Shown piece after piece: positions 12,116 to 24,608 of a stretch of DNA of 64,000 nucleotides. Positions within the stretch are counted from its first letter, which is position 1; every line of letters begins with the position of its first letter. Source of the stretch: Amoeboaphelidium protococcarum X5 (lineage: Eukaryota; Fungi; Aphelidiomycota); assembly GCA_023515725.1 (NCBI GenBank), contig JALDTO010000266.1, positions 444,708 through 508,707 on the forward strand, written 5' to 3'. Below the pieces are notes generated by a model that saw only the letters and a program-made list of their open reading frames with translations, ran no database searches and was not told the DNA's origin. The position numbers were made by a program, and so were the translations under genes.

Positions 12116-14240
12116 TCATTACTGTTAGCCGCCAGAACTTTTTTCTATCTGCTACTACTATTACTGAGTCTACTGATGTTACGGTTTGCCGGACTACGGT
12201 TAAGCGCTCTGAGGACTTTGCAACGGCTGCTGTTGCTGTTGCTACTATTATTACTAAGGATGATGCTGTTGTTAGTGCTGAGAATTTTACGGGCTGACAG
12301 GAGATGACACTAACTACTTGAGGAGAGAATCAATCTGCCAGCATCGCGCCTTACAATCACCAGATCCGGTGGCTAACAGATTACCGGCAGGACTCACAGC
12401 GACGCTAATCACACTGTTCTTGTGGCCATGCAGCACCATCATTGAAGTCTAAGTGCGAACATCCCAAATCTGTACCGACCTGTCCTTTGAGCCAGACAAT
12501 AAGAAGGTTCCATCAGGCGAGAATGCTACAGATAAAACAAAATCTCGGTGTCCAACTAAAGTTCCAATACATGAAGGTTGATAATCTGCAGAGTCCTTTT
12601 ATGAACTCAACTCTGAGAGGTCCCACAACTTCAAAGTCTTGTCCAAAGATCCAGATACCAGAGTCAGTTTATGTTGAGCATCAGCATTCGGATTGAACGC
12701 CACAGAGTACACAGAATCTTTATGGCCATCCATTTGAGCCAGTAGATGTCCATCCTCAGCATTCCACACTCTCACCATCTTATCTAAAGAGCCAGCAGCG
12801 ACATACTTACCATCAGCAGAGATGGCCACACTTGTAATTCCAGCATCCCTAGCAGTAGCGGAACTGCTATCATCAACAGTTAGAGTCTACTTGCACTCTT
12901 CGTCTTCAATACTCCATATGCGCGCAGTTCTATCGCCGGAGCCACTCACAATAATCTTGCCATCCATTGAATAGTCCAGAGAATAAATATCTTGTTCATG
13001 ACCGCTAAACTACTTTACAACCTTATTCTACGCAATGTCCCACAAGCGAATTAGACGATCCTCAGCTCCAGTGGCAAGCAGTTTACCATCAGGTGAAAAA
13101 CAAACTGAACGAATATACAAATCACCATCACTCTCCACATTCTCATCCTTCAGAGTGGCCACTTTAGCGCCCGTCTAAACATTGTAAACAGATGTGATCT
13201 TATTACACCCAGTCGCCAAGAACTTGCCATCAGCAGAAAAGCGCACACAACACACCACTGACGCATGGTCAAAGCTGTAATTAAGCTTGACATCCACAGT
13301 TCTCGGCAATTTCGGATTAAACAGTCCATGCCAGTCAGGGCCGTCATGTCTATGGCTAGATGGTATAGACTCAACCTCAACGTCACCAAAGACAATAATT
13401 TTCTACTGCTACGGCGGATGAAGCCTGGAAGCGGCGACACCAGCTGATGTGGGAGCAGCTAACGGTTACTAACCTTGCTAAATTTACGAGGCTTACTGCT
13501 ACTGCTATGGCAATTATTACAAGTGCTGCGGATGAGCCTAGTGCTACTACTATTACTGAGAAATCGACATTTTGCGCATACCTTGCTATTGTGACTACTG
13601 ATGCTGCTGAGGATGCAAGTGCTACTAGGACTATTACTACTAAGAAAAGGAAGCCTGAGCAGCTGACTGTGGACCATAATGCGGTGCGCCCTAATGTGCA
13701 AATCCATTAGCATGCCCAGGTGCAGCATGACTTGGTGGATGTATAGCCATTTACTAACCAGCCTAAGACTAAGGTTATTAATGTGATTGCATTCCGCTAC
13801 TACCACCACCACTACCATTCGGAGCAGTAAACTAAGACCCAAACAATAACGGTCCAGCAATCTACTGCACTTACGATGATGGAACAGCGATACCACGGCT
13901 TTCCAACTCCCTTCTCAACTTCACCACCTCTTCTTCATACTATGCTCTCATGCTCTAATGCACTCTATCCAACTCAAAGAACATGGTCTGCATCTGCTGC
14001 ATCTCACTCAGTTAAGCTTAATATACTACACACACAAAAATCTCTGATATCAATCAACACATCAGCAAGATATAAATCAAAACACTTACACTTATGTTCA
14101 TAGTCATCTCTGTGACGACCAGCCGAAGCTGAATCTTGACTGGCCAGCTCAAACTCATGTCTAATAGCCTCCAGTAGCTCATTGACTCGCGCAGTGTTGG
14201 CCCCAATCTGCTGTTATACAGGCTATTACTATCGATACAT
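12116..14240 (-). CDS. TUP1: Tup1-like WD40 transcriptional corepressor; intron 14026..14089
   Basis: Tup_N motif [14 protein letters not shown], a Gln-rich linker coded largely by TAA/TAG, and WD40 motifs [43 protein letters not shown] and [11 protein letters not shown]. Confidence 0.93.
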
Positions 14241-15041
14241 CTTCAAAATGTCAGTACAAGTTCTTTCTTTTTTCCTTAAAAATGGACTTTAAATTATAGA
14301 GTTAACAGTATACGAAACTACTGAGAACGGGACAGGCAATGCGTTTCTAATTATTTATATGAAATGAAATGCTTATTTATAAACAGAAAACAAGTCAGAA
14401 GAACGCGGGTGGAACGTTTGTTTGTTTGTTTGTTCGTCTGCGCAGTCTATTTGTCACATTCTCTTGAGAGACGAATCTGGGCTTGGTTTGTTTGCCAGTT
14501 GTTTCTGGGGTACTTTTGCTCGTGGGCGCGCGCGTGTTCCGCTTGACCAACTTTAGCGATGACAAGATTGATGAGGTGGCAAAATAGTACACTAATCGTT
14601 GGGTGGTTCGTTTCGTTTCGCCGAGCACTTGATGTTGGAGACGCTTAGATCATCGGTTTCAGAAATCATGACGATCACGCGTGAAATTGCGGCGGATCAA
14701 TCATTCGTGCACCAAGTCCTTTTGAAATTTTTTATCCATAAAGTATTTGTATGATAGTTAGTCTTATTTTAAATACGATTATCAATGAGATTCTACATAT
14801 TTTTACATACTCTTCAATACAAGTCAATAATCTAATTACTCGTTTACTTTATTGCCAATCTTCTGAGCTTGTCTCAATAACTTAACAATACCAATAACTC
14901 CTGAGTGGTTTTAAGCTGCGACCATCCTCATTGATATCACAATGAAATGATGACTGGTCGTGTCACATCTCATCATTGCATTGTATTCAATGCTTACTGA
15001 CAGTGTTCTAATTCTTTCATCGCAATACTGATCATTTGAAA

Positions 15042-15422
15042 ATGTAGCCAAGCCAAAAACGTGAATTATCTGCGGCTGCAAAGACAGCACTAGAAGATTT
15101 CAAAACTTAAGCATATCATCAAGATATTCCCGGATTTCTCTCCGTGTGTGCTAAGGTGATCAATGAAGTTGATATTCGGATAGTCAAAGAACTTGGCGCA
15201 TCATCATTTGCCGCATTTGCTCCAGCATTTGCCCCTTGGTATAATACTAAATCTGAATGGTTTGGACATTATGTTTGGAATGGCAACACAGACGCGTTCA
15301 ATTAACGACTGTTGTTAAAATGCACTGACAAGGACTGGCAAATACCGTAATCTTAATAAACAGAACACTCCTTAACAGCAAAGTTCAATCCTAATTTGAA
15401 TCGTAAAGACATGGGACAAAAC
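15042..15422 (+). CDS. Probable N-terminal segment (exon 1 or frameshifted part) of the Fanzor2 gene
   Basis: 127-codon frame from ATG 15042 containing PWYNTKSEWFGHYVW, reminiscent of the PFW...LW N-terminal motif of IS607-TnpB/Fanzor2. Followed by GTAAGT at 15423. It is in a different frame from the main ORF. Confidence 0.5.
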
Positions 15423-15496
15423 GTAAGTGAGAGCCAGGAGAAGTAAAGTTTTAGTCAGGTGCAGCATTAATCATTGAGAATATCATTGAATCCAAA

Positions 15497-17281
15497 ATGC
15501 GGAATCAGTAGATTGCATCAGATACAGACTCTCTAATGGCTAAATGGAAATCTAAGCAGTAATAGTCGTCATCTAAGAGTTTGAAGAAGAAGAAGAAGAA
15601 GAAGAAGAAAGTGCTACAGCTTTCGGGATAATCTCTAGTGGCGTTGGAAAACATGAAACCAAAAATCGGCAAGATGAAAAATCGGCGAGAGATTGCCGAA
15701 CTGAATCAGTATGATCAGATACGCTCGATTAATATTCGTATATTCCCTGATAAGAAGTTCATACACAAATTCAATGAATGGCTGGATCTCAAGTTTCAAA
15801 TGGTCAATTTCATCATTAACATTTTGAATGATTCCAGAGATTAAGGAGAAAAGGTGTCAATACAAGCGCTAAGGAACCATGTTGCGCTAAGTTAAGTCAA
15901 AGCCAAAAAGTGCCGCATGCCTGATGACGACCCAAGATTGCGTTGGATGCGAATGCCATCTACAGTGCAAGATGAGATTATTAATGCGACTCGCACGTAT
16001 TACTATGCGGCTCATGAGAAGTATACAAAGGGTGATATCAAAGACTACAACTTTATGCCAAATAGAGATGATGATTAGTTTTAGATGCTCCAGTTTCAAG
16101 CGTAAGATGCCCGTCTAGATCCAGATAGCAATCGCGTCCGCCTACTGCCTTCATTCCTCAAGAGCTTTGGGAAACTGTATGCCAAAGATCCTCTATTCTA
16201 AGAGCCTGGCAAGATTGACTACTGGCCCCGTTTCATCAAGTTTGGCTATGGCAGAGGAAGAGAGTTCAAGCTCGTGAAAAGAAGAAAAAAGTTCTTTGTG
16301 ATTGTTTCGTATGATGCCTCCTGTAAATAAGGTCCATTCACTGATTGGTATTACTAGCAACTGCAAGATATGAATAATGCAGATGAGAATCTTGAAGGTG
16401 CTAGATCATTTATAAGCCGCCGTGATGCGCGTTGCCGTTAAACTGGAAACACTTGCTCGGTGGATCCAGGTGTTAGAGTGAGCATGACCGTCTTCGATTT
16501 GGATCGCAGGTCATTCATTGCGATTGCGCCTGATTTCAAGTAGCTTTATAAGAATAAGAGTGAATAGATTTCCAATGCATAGTCTCTGAAAGATTAGATG
16601 GATAATCGCGCAGCTGCTTTACAGAATGGACAATTGAGTCTCGAGGAGTTTAAAGCGTAGAAGAAAGAATTATGGCACACATGGAAGTAATCAAAGAATA
16701 ATGTTGTTCCCACTGATATTGGCATTAGTCGTGCTTACACCAAATTCTCTGCATATGTATCGAATTTGCATAACCGAATTGGCAACTTTTTGATGCGGCA
16801 TTACGATCTAATCATTCTTCCCGAGTTTCTGACTATTAAGATGGTGAAGAAACGGAGAAAGCGTTTGAATCTACCTCCCGTTCTAAGTGATACGGCCGAT
16901 GTACTGGTAACACACTCGCGTGGTTAATAAAATTCTGGGCATATTCTCCATAAAAATACGCGGAAGACTCTATTGGCGTTTAGCCATTACAAGTGTCGTA
17001 TGAAACTTATTGCAATGGCATAAGCTAATATATTTAGATCTGGAAAGTAAGTGCTCGTGACAACGGAGGAGTTTACGTCGAAACAACATCCGTTTCAGAA
17101 TGTGCTACATAACTGTCTTGGTGCTGATGAGTACTTCATGTTGGGTGATTTTCGTGCATATCGGGATAATGTTGGATCATATAATGTTATGTCTCGAAGT
17201 TTTTCTAAGGAAGAAGTGAAATTGGTTACTGCGAACTAAGCGGATTAGACACTATACAAGGAGTTCGTGATGTCCATATGA
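15497..17281 (+). mobile_element. Fanzor2 (eukaryotic IS607-TnpB-like RNA-guided RuvC nuclease) ORF, 594 aa from ATG 15497
   Basis: One continuous frame with TAR=Gln. OrfB-type HTH RSINIRIFPDKKFIHKFNEWL; RuvC-I SVDPGVRVSMTVFD (D at 16463); LHNRIGNFLMRHYDLIILPEF; LLAFSHYKCRMKL; shifted RuvC-II VTTEEFTSK (E at 17066); RuvC-III YRDNVGSYNV (D at 17165). Confidence 0.9.
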
Positions 17282-17470
17282 AGGTCTTGCAAGAGACTCT
17301 ATTGCGCCTTGCTTAACATCTGATCACTAAATCATAGAAGTGTTTTGTAATTGCTTATCGTTATGCTCGTACTATACTGTTACTCTGCTATTAAGGGGCT
17401 AGGTGGGGACCCCAATGAAAAGATTGCTGGAGCTTTTTTAAAGTGTACCAATGATCGATTAACCCACATG
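17282..17470 (+). ncRNA. Candidate Fanzor omegaRNA scaffold plus guide
   Basis: Lies immediately 3' of the Fanzor stop. GNRA hairpin GGUCUU-GCAA-GAGACU at 17283-17298, a GGGG...CCCC stem, and a stem pairing AGAAGUG with UACUCU. Boundaries are inferred. Confidence 0.5.
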
Positions 17471-17554
17471 CATTGTTTAAAATCCAGTATCATTAATAAC
17501 GCTTCATCAAAGTTGAAGCAAGTAAACAAATGAATATCTAACCAGTACTGTATT

Positions 17555-19276
17555 TCATTCAAATGGAATATTTTTGGTGATTCTTCTATAATTAAGAAAG
17601 TTCTGAATTTCCAACGCGCTCATTGATATCAACAGTAGATAAGTTATAGTCTTGATGGGTGACTTCTACACAGATATTTTAATATGTTTGATACAACATT
17701 TGCCATGACAATACTTACCAAATCGCAGAATTATAAAAAGTTATCAAAGAATACAACATTGGATGATTTACAAACGCCCACATTTTACACGTTAGAAGAA
17801 TCGACTTCGCGTTCAATCGGTCTAGAGTAGTTTGAGAATTGTGGTTTTAACGTTGATTGAGGACAGAGTGACCGGCTAAAATCATCTACATAGGTTACGG
17901 TTCAGATAAGGCTGCTATATAATGTAATACACTCTTACCAACTTAACTGACGTTTTGAACCAGTTTGTTTGCAAATCCAATCTTATTGCGTTCAGCATCA
18001 AGAGTTATGTAGAAATTCTAGAGAAATCTCAGTCCAAAAATGACTACAGAGGACTACGAAATGGAGGGTATAGAATAGTCAACTGATATACAGTAGTCAA
18101 CTTCATTGCGGTAGATTGCATTAGAATTAGAATTAAACAGAGATGATAGAGTGTGCAAAGATATTACAAGTGGCTCTCCTCCATCTTCTTTCAGATTGAA
18201 TGAGAATGAAGTTTCCATCAATGGCTCCGATATGTTGAGTGATGAATCCACAATACCTCTACAGATGGCGCTGTTAATAGTCTTATTTAGAGCGCAGTCG
18301 CCGGGTAAGATTGACATTATTTTCTCAAACATCCAGCCAGGTATAACCAGACACTACTCAGTGGTGCTTATGCGCGCGATCACAGATGACTAATCAGGTT
18401 GCGTCAACAACTGACTACATAATGACCATTGATATATTAGAATGTAGTAGGAAGGTTCACACTTGTAAACGTTGAGACGCGTATCTGACCATTGGATAGT
18501 GGAGTTTATAGCATTACCAAAGGATGCCTCACCTAGAGTCAAAGTCGAATTCCTATTTGCCTACTTTGGTGATAAATCCAATGAGATAAACGGAAATTAT
18601 TTGTTCGCAGCCGCCAACTTATAGAGTGGATTCTCGCGGAAATACTCTACATAATACGCGACATAAGAACTATATTAAGTATCGAAGCATTAACTTACAT
18701 GGCTGAGATAAGCCTAAACGGCAGGTATAGGTAGTGTTCCGCATCTACTAAAGGAACTTCAGATTAGCACCAAGTAAAACCTCCGGAGAGGACACAATGG
18801 TCGAGTAATCTAACTTGAAATCATTCTAACCAGCCGTAATATTTACCAGTAATTTAGAATTATTACAAAACAAACATTCACTATCAATGCAGTAAGAGAA
18901 GTTGGCTCTTGCAATAGGTGATATGGAAGATGAGTTGAAACAATTCTAGGCCAAATTCGATACATTCATCTGCTGCCTTTACACAATACAAAAGTCACTA
19001 TCCAGCACAGAAATATAACTTGACGAAAAATCTACAGATTTATTCATAACAGAAAGTGATACATCATATAATTGTTAAAGAGTGGAACATACCTAGAACG
19101 CAATTTATCTTTTAGTTGTTGATCGTTAGCGGCATGATATAGCCAGCCAGATCATAAAGCAGGCCATTCGATGATATGTTCAGCTAGCTATCGTAATATA
19201 AATCTAGTTGAATTCCACTTGTATTAAAAGATAGTAGGAGCCATAAGATGCTAAACTGAAATCTTTGCAGCATCAT
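17555..19276 (-). CDS. Secreted pepsin-like (A1) aspartic protease homolog with degenerate active sites; about 4 introns
   Basis: Signal peptide MMLQRFQFSILWLLLSFNTSG; site 1 INCVLDFSSSYISV; site 2 VIARISTTEQCLVIP; C-terminal VIFGLRFLQNFYITLDAERNKIGFA. Confidence 0.7.
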
Positions 19277-19378
19277 CTGAATGAAATTGTGAACAATGTA
19301 ATAAGAAGGACAAGAGAAAGACACTTGAAACGGTAACGCCAATCACCAGTAAAATCCTATATTCATCAAACTTTTATT

Positions 19379-21901
19379 TCAAGCTTTCAATTTCAGTATG
19401 AATCGTTACAAGTCGGGCGCCAACTTGTCTAAAGTTCTCTCCCTGTGTAGCAACTAACGCACCCATTTGGAGAGCTTTCGTTCTGACGGGGACAATCTCG
19501 CGTCGAGCATCAGAATGACACCCCAATCGTTCTTGTGACGAATGCAACGGCCTATCGCTTAATTGAAAGCTCTATATGCTTGTGCCTCATACCATTGATT
19601 GCCATTCAAAACCTTGGAATCTTTTGATTTGCAATCATTGTATTGTCTCTTCAATTTAACCTTCACATCACTCACATTAGGAAATGGAATGCCCACAGTG
19701 ATTACAGCGCGAGCCTGATCATCAGCAAAGTCAATGCCTTCACTGAGCTTGCCTCGAAACACGCCAAATAGCAAAGCCTATCCTCCATTTATGGTAGATT
19801 ATTAGTATTTTTAGAGCACAGTCTCAAATTCCTATTAAGTCTTGGGCTCGATAAAGCATTATCGCTACTCGGAAAGTCGTTTATACAACCCAGTATCTTT
19901 CCATCGGCTGATCATCTTATCAAGCATACTATAGGATGGCATGAACAACAATATTCCACCACAAATGATCTTGCCACATTCCAAGACCGCGTTACCAACG
20001 CTATCCTAGTACTTCAAGGTCTCGACTACGCTGTAAGTGCCAACAAGACGAACATTATTGAACTACTCCACCACGGCTACGAAAGCTCTTCCTTAGTCAA
20101 TGACGTGGCTTCCCTCATAAACTTCACTAAACTAGGTCTGCAGCTCAGATGAAAATGAATCCAACGGAGACAGCGTACCACTTGCCAGAATCACAGAGTG
20201 AGCCTACTCAGCTATCTCTCTAAACACAACACCAGGATTCTAACACCAGAACGCGATTGAGAAAGGAGATTCTGCACAAGCTGATGCAGGACCTTTAGCA
20301 GCATCTTCAATCAGAACTACGGAATAGTCATCGTCATAATTTGAGTCGCCAAGTAATATACATTCAAATATACGGAATAAAGAGGCTAATGTAGAGATGG
20401 TAAATCCATTGAGAGGCTAAATACTGTTGTTTTTCGAAGTCCAAGATTTAATAGATTGGAATGCTTTAATCAAGCCCGGCAGACTCCCATAAGAAATGCC
20501 TTTACTTTTAAAAACCTCTACGTACTCCTCTGGAGACCATATTTTGATCTTACTATTAAAATCGCGTTCAGTGTACTACCCATGGAAAGAATTAACCAAG
20601 TCTTTGACCTATTCTACAACATATGACAATTGTTTCAAATACTCAATTTGGTCACCATCTAGAAGCTAAGCCTCGCTGAGTCCCACCAGATCCTTCTTAA
20701 GCTCATCCAGCTGAGTACTCGACAATTACAAAGATGCACTTGAACGACATGCATCTTCTATATTGTGAGCTTCGTCGAGGATAAACACATTGCCGTCAGT
20801 TTAGATCTCCATTGATTAACGAATGTTTGGATCTATGATGTAATTATACGGGCAGAAAATCACATCCGCGTCTTGAGCAATCAACTTTGAGGTAAAGTAT
20901 GGACAGCCTTTATGCTTTCTACCAAGTACAGACAGATCTTCAATATCATAAATTTCTCTTACTGGACCTTCTAAAGTAGTATGAAGCTGAGTTTCTTCAT
21001 CATAACGCGTTTTCAATACATGTACTCTCTGAAAGAACTTGCAACCTTTATCATTAAGCAGATCCTTGCACGCCGTATTAAGCCCACCGTTAGACTTTTG
21101 AGCTTTTTTAATCACTTTGTCGTTGACACAAAACTAATTCCGACTTCCCAATATAGCAATGGACGGCTTATATGGAGTCTTACGAAGCTGGGAAATCATT
21201 TGGGATATCTACTTGTGCGTTCGAGTTCCAATGTATACCTTGGGAGATTTAGCACTCTATATCTTCACTTCTTCAGCCTAAGATTATTGTGATTACAAGA
21301 CATCATCCTCGCCAGCGTTATTCACGTCCAAATCGAAGTTCTCTTTATGAAACAACTGAGAACTTTTCAGTCTCGCGTCAATTCCTTTATAACTCACTTT
21401 TACATCAGCGAAATCATCCATATCTTGCTTTTAAGAGGGAGTTAATTCAGATGTTTTCGATTCTTGATCATTCATACTAGTATGTGTTAATTCATCATCA
21501 TCAGTTCTCTATCGTTTCAACTTTATAATTTCGTGTTACCTCTTGGTAGTCTGATGATCGACTTGTTCAGCACTGGATTTCTACTTTTCACTCTATTAGC
21601 AGGCTTCACTTGCCTAACGTCGTGCATTCTCGGCAATCTACGCCTTGCAATGCTCCTACCATGCCAGAACTGAACATATTAAAGTCATAGACTTTCCTGT
21701 TCCAGTGGGAGACTCAAGTATAACATTGTTACCCTGTTACATTTAATTCTAGTCCAGTAAAGCAGTATGACGCGACGAAGTCAACGCCCGCAAGATCTTT
21801 GACATCATGACCATTTGCTACGGGTATGGCTTAAATTTGTGGGGAAATTTCACCTTGACACCATTTATGATTTTACTATTCTCCTCCCTGGATGAAAGCA
21901 T
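19379..21901 (-). CDS. BRIP1: FANCJ/BRIP1-like Rad3/XPD-family Fe-S DNA helicase (840 aa)
   Basis: [64 protein letters not shown]. Confidence 0.88.
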
Positions 21902-22110
21902 GGTGCAACAAGATCAAAGTCAATTGAAAATCAAAGGATATTCTGTAACAACGGAAAATAATGAGCCTTCAGGTTTAGAGAGAGACAGACGCACACAAGC
22001 AAGCGCGATGAGATTGAAACGAATAAAAAACCTTTCTGCTACTACTCCTCGGCAGTGCTATGGTGATGTTTAGATTTGATGCAGTACAGTATATTGGACG
22101 CGACAATTCA

Positions 22111-22124
22111 ATCACCATAGCAAC
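22111..22124. promoter_or_regulatory. X-box (RFX-type site) upstream of Chibby
   Basis: ATCACCATAGCAAC matches RYYNYY-WW-RRNRAC at all 14 positions, about 115 bp before the ATG of a ciliary gene. Confidence 0.6.
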
Positions 22125-22238
22125 GAGATAGATTATCCACACAACTGCGAGTTGGTACCTTTTCTTACTGCTATACTGAGAGTTTTCAGAAAATAAGTTC
22201 TCGGATAATTTTACAATAAGTTTTGAAACTACAATCAT

Positions 22239-22742
22239 ATGAACTCTCAAGCAGCATGGGAGACAATCCGAAAGCATTCGAAGCAGCTGTCAACATCAAA
22301 CAAATTTACACTCAGCCCAAGTGGGAAGAATTCCGGTGCAAAAGGAATTAAATTTAATAGATTTGCCGATGCTGATGCCCCAATTATCATGAACTTGGAT
22401 GGACATGAATTAGTGTTTCAGAATCACACGTGGCAATTGGACGGCGCTGAGGAAGATCAAGCAAAGCCATCCGGTAGCATCACTCAATTGCGTAAAGAAA
22501 ACACGAATTTACAGAAGGAGAATTAGCTTCTGAAATTCAAACTGGAGTTATTGATAGACATGGTAAGATTAATGCTAACGTGATTTATGAATATCATCAT
22601 CATCATTATTGTAAAGTAATGAGATAATGTGTAGCTGAGTACAACAAAACTCGATCTCGTAAATGCAGAGCTGGAACTCAAATCATACAAGACCAAGTCC
22701 CAAATACTAGGCAGTAAGTAAGCTAGACGGTCGGAATTGTGA
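22239..22742 (+). CDS. CBY1: Chibby-family basal-body protein; intron 22563..22634
   Basis: MNLDGHELVFQNHTW...LRKENTNLQKENQLLKFKLELLIDMLS matches the Chibby signature and coiled coil. Confidence 0.85.
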
Positions 22743-22928
22743 AGAATGAACAGTGTGTTAAATGATTATCCAGTTTTGAAACGCTTTTGCCACTTGCCCG
22801 TTTCAGCTGAAGAGTGTTGATAAGTTTTTTTGTTTCAGATTCGACGCGCTTTGTCTCTGGGACTTCTCTTTACCTTTTCTCTTGATATTTCCCTCATATA
22901 AACTCAGTGTATCATTGAGGTCAGCTAT

Positions 22929-24455
22929 ATGAATATGCATAATCAGTAGTTGGGATAGGGATGTTACATTCTCAGGATTGGAGAGCACGCCATTGTAAAG
23001 GACAAGTCTATTTAAGCTGTGTAAGATACGAGTAATGTGGTAGTTTTCCGGGTGCCTGGTGGTGGTAATGAGCATCTGCAGTCAATGCCAGTCTAGTAGT
23101 TTCTGGAGAAAGTGCCCAATGCTCAGTTTATGATCAGCTCTTTTTACATGCGACTCAGTATGTCTGGTAGTGCTGTTAGATTGAGCCTCCCTTCTGTCAA
23201 AAGCTACCCTGAAATGCTGTCTCATAGTCTCTGGCAGTACGCGGATGAGGATTAGTACGAGAACGCTCTGGCTGTGCAAGAACTTTTGCTCAGAAATCAG
23301 GCTCAACTCATTGAGCAGAATAATATCATTGGTGATATCCAGGTAGCCGTCAATTATGTTCCTAGTATACGTTGGGTAAGAAGGATTGTTGTTGACTATT
23401 TGAACAATAGAATAGAGACCAGATTGGTGGCGCGTACACTGTCTGTATTGAAGTTGCTGGCTCAAACTTGTGGTATCAAAGCTTTCTCTGCCATGTGGTC
23501 CTTACGCTTATAGCCTGAAGATTTTGGTATTGTTAATGATGACGATGATTATGGTGAAGATAGGTATGGCGCTGAATACACGATTAATGTGAAATCTAAA
23601 TTGAACCAATTGGACTTATTGCCTGATAAATTAGGTCCATTCATGGAATATCTTATGTAAGATGACTCTAAGCTTCAAGATGACCGCGCATTATAGTTGC
23701 TCTCTGTAATCTTTGATACATTTTATGCATACGTCTGTGGGGTGAATTAGTGTAGTGATGACAATGATGGAAATCCAGCACTTATTGGAGAGCTAAACCA
23801 ACTGGCAAATAGTTCAACGTTAAACGGTATAATCACTCGACTTTTGGGGATGAATAGATAAGATGTAGCTCTATCTGTAATTCAGCCGTTCACAGCTCTG
23901 GCTTTTGATGGGAAGTATAACTTGTCCTTATTAGTGCGTACTTTGTCTAATATATTGGCTCATAGTGGGGACGATGCCGTAATGTTCCTTGCCATGTTCC
24001 CTGTGGATATGACTCTGCTCAAAACTCAAATTCTGAATAAAATTATCCATCGTTATACGCTCCTATTTGCGCATCCTAAAAAGATTTAAATGACTTCACT
24101 TCCTGCTGGTAGTAATGATCTATTCGAGTAACTGAAACACTATTGGCTAATGCTGGAATTAAAGCCGATGGATAGCAAGGTGTCTCCAGCACAGCTTTAC
24201 TCTATAGCTATGTATTGTCTCTGCGTCAAGATGCTTATCAAATGCTATCTTACAGCAGATGCAGCTGGTGGATCGCCATTAGCTTGGATGTCCATGATGG
24301 ATTAGAGTCGGGCTATTGAAGAGTTGACAGAAGCCAAGGATTCTTTTTGTATCAAATTGCTATCCCAACTCGAAAGTGAATCTACCCAGAGCTCCTCGTT
24401 TGAACTCTGCCTTGAGACTGTTAAGAATCTACTGCAGACTCCTCTAGTTGCTTGA
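22929..24455 (+). CDS. Hypothetical protein (508 aa)
   Basis: Long TGA-free frame with TAR=Gln. No family recognised. Confidence 0.7.
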
Positions 24456-24608
24456 TAAATATAATATCTACTGAAGGAGTATTGATGAAATCTGTTCTAT
24501 AGCGACAGTATGAGACACAATTGTAACAACTTTAATTCATTTCAATTTCATTCATTATTTTAGTTCATAACTAGATGCAACTAGAACCACCAATAGATTT
24601 CAAAGTTT

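Noticed and set aside
14640-15041. Left end, TIRs or serine-recombinase TnpA for the Fanzor element
   Set aside because: No inverted repeat, target-site duplication or recombinase motif could be identified by eye.
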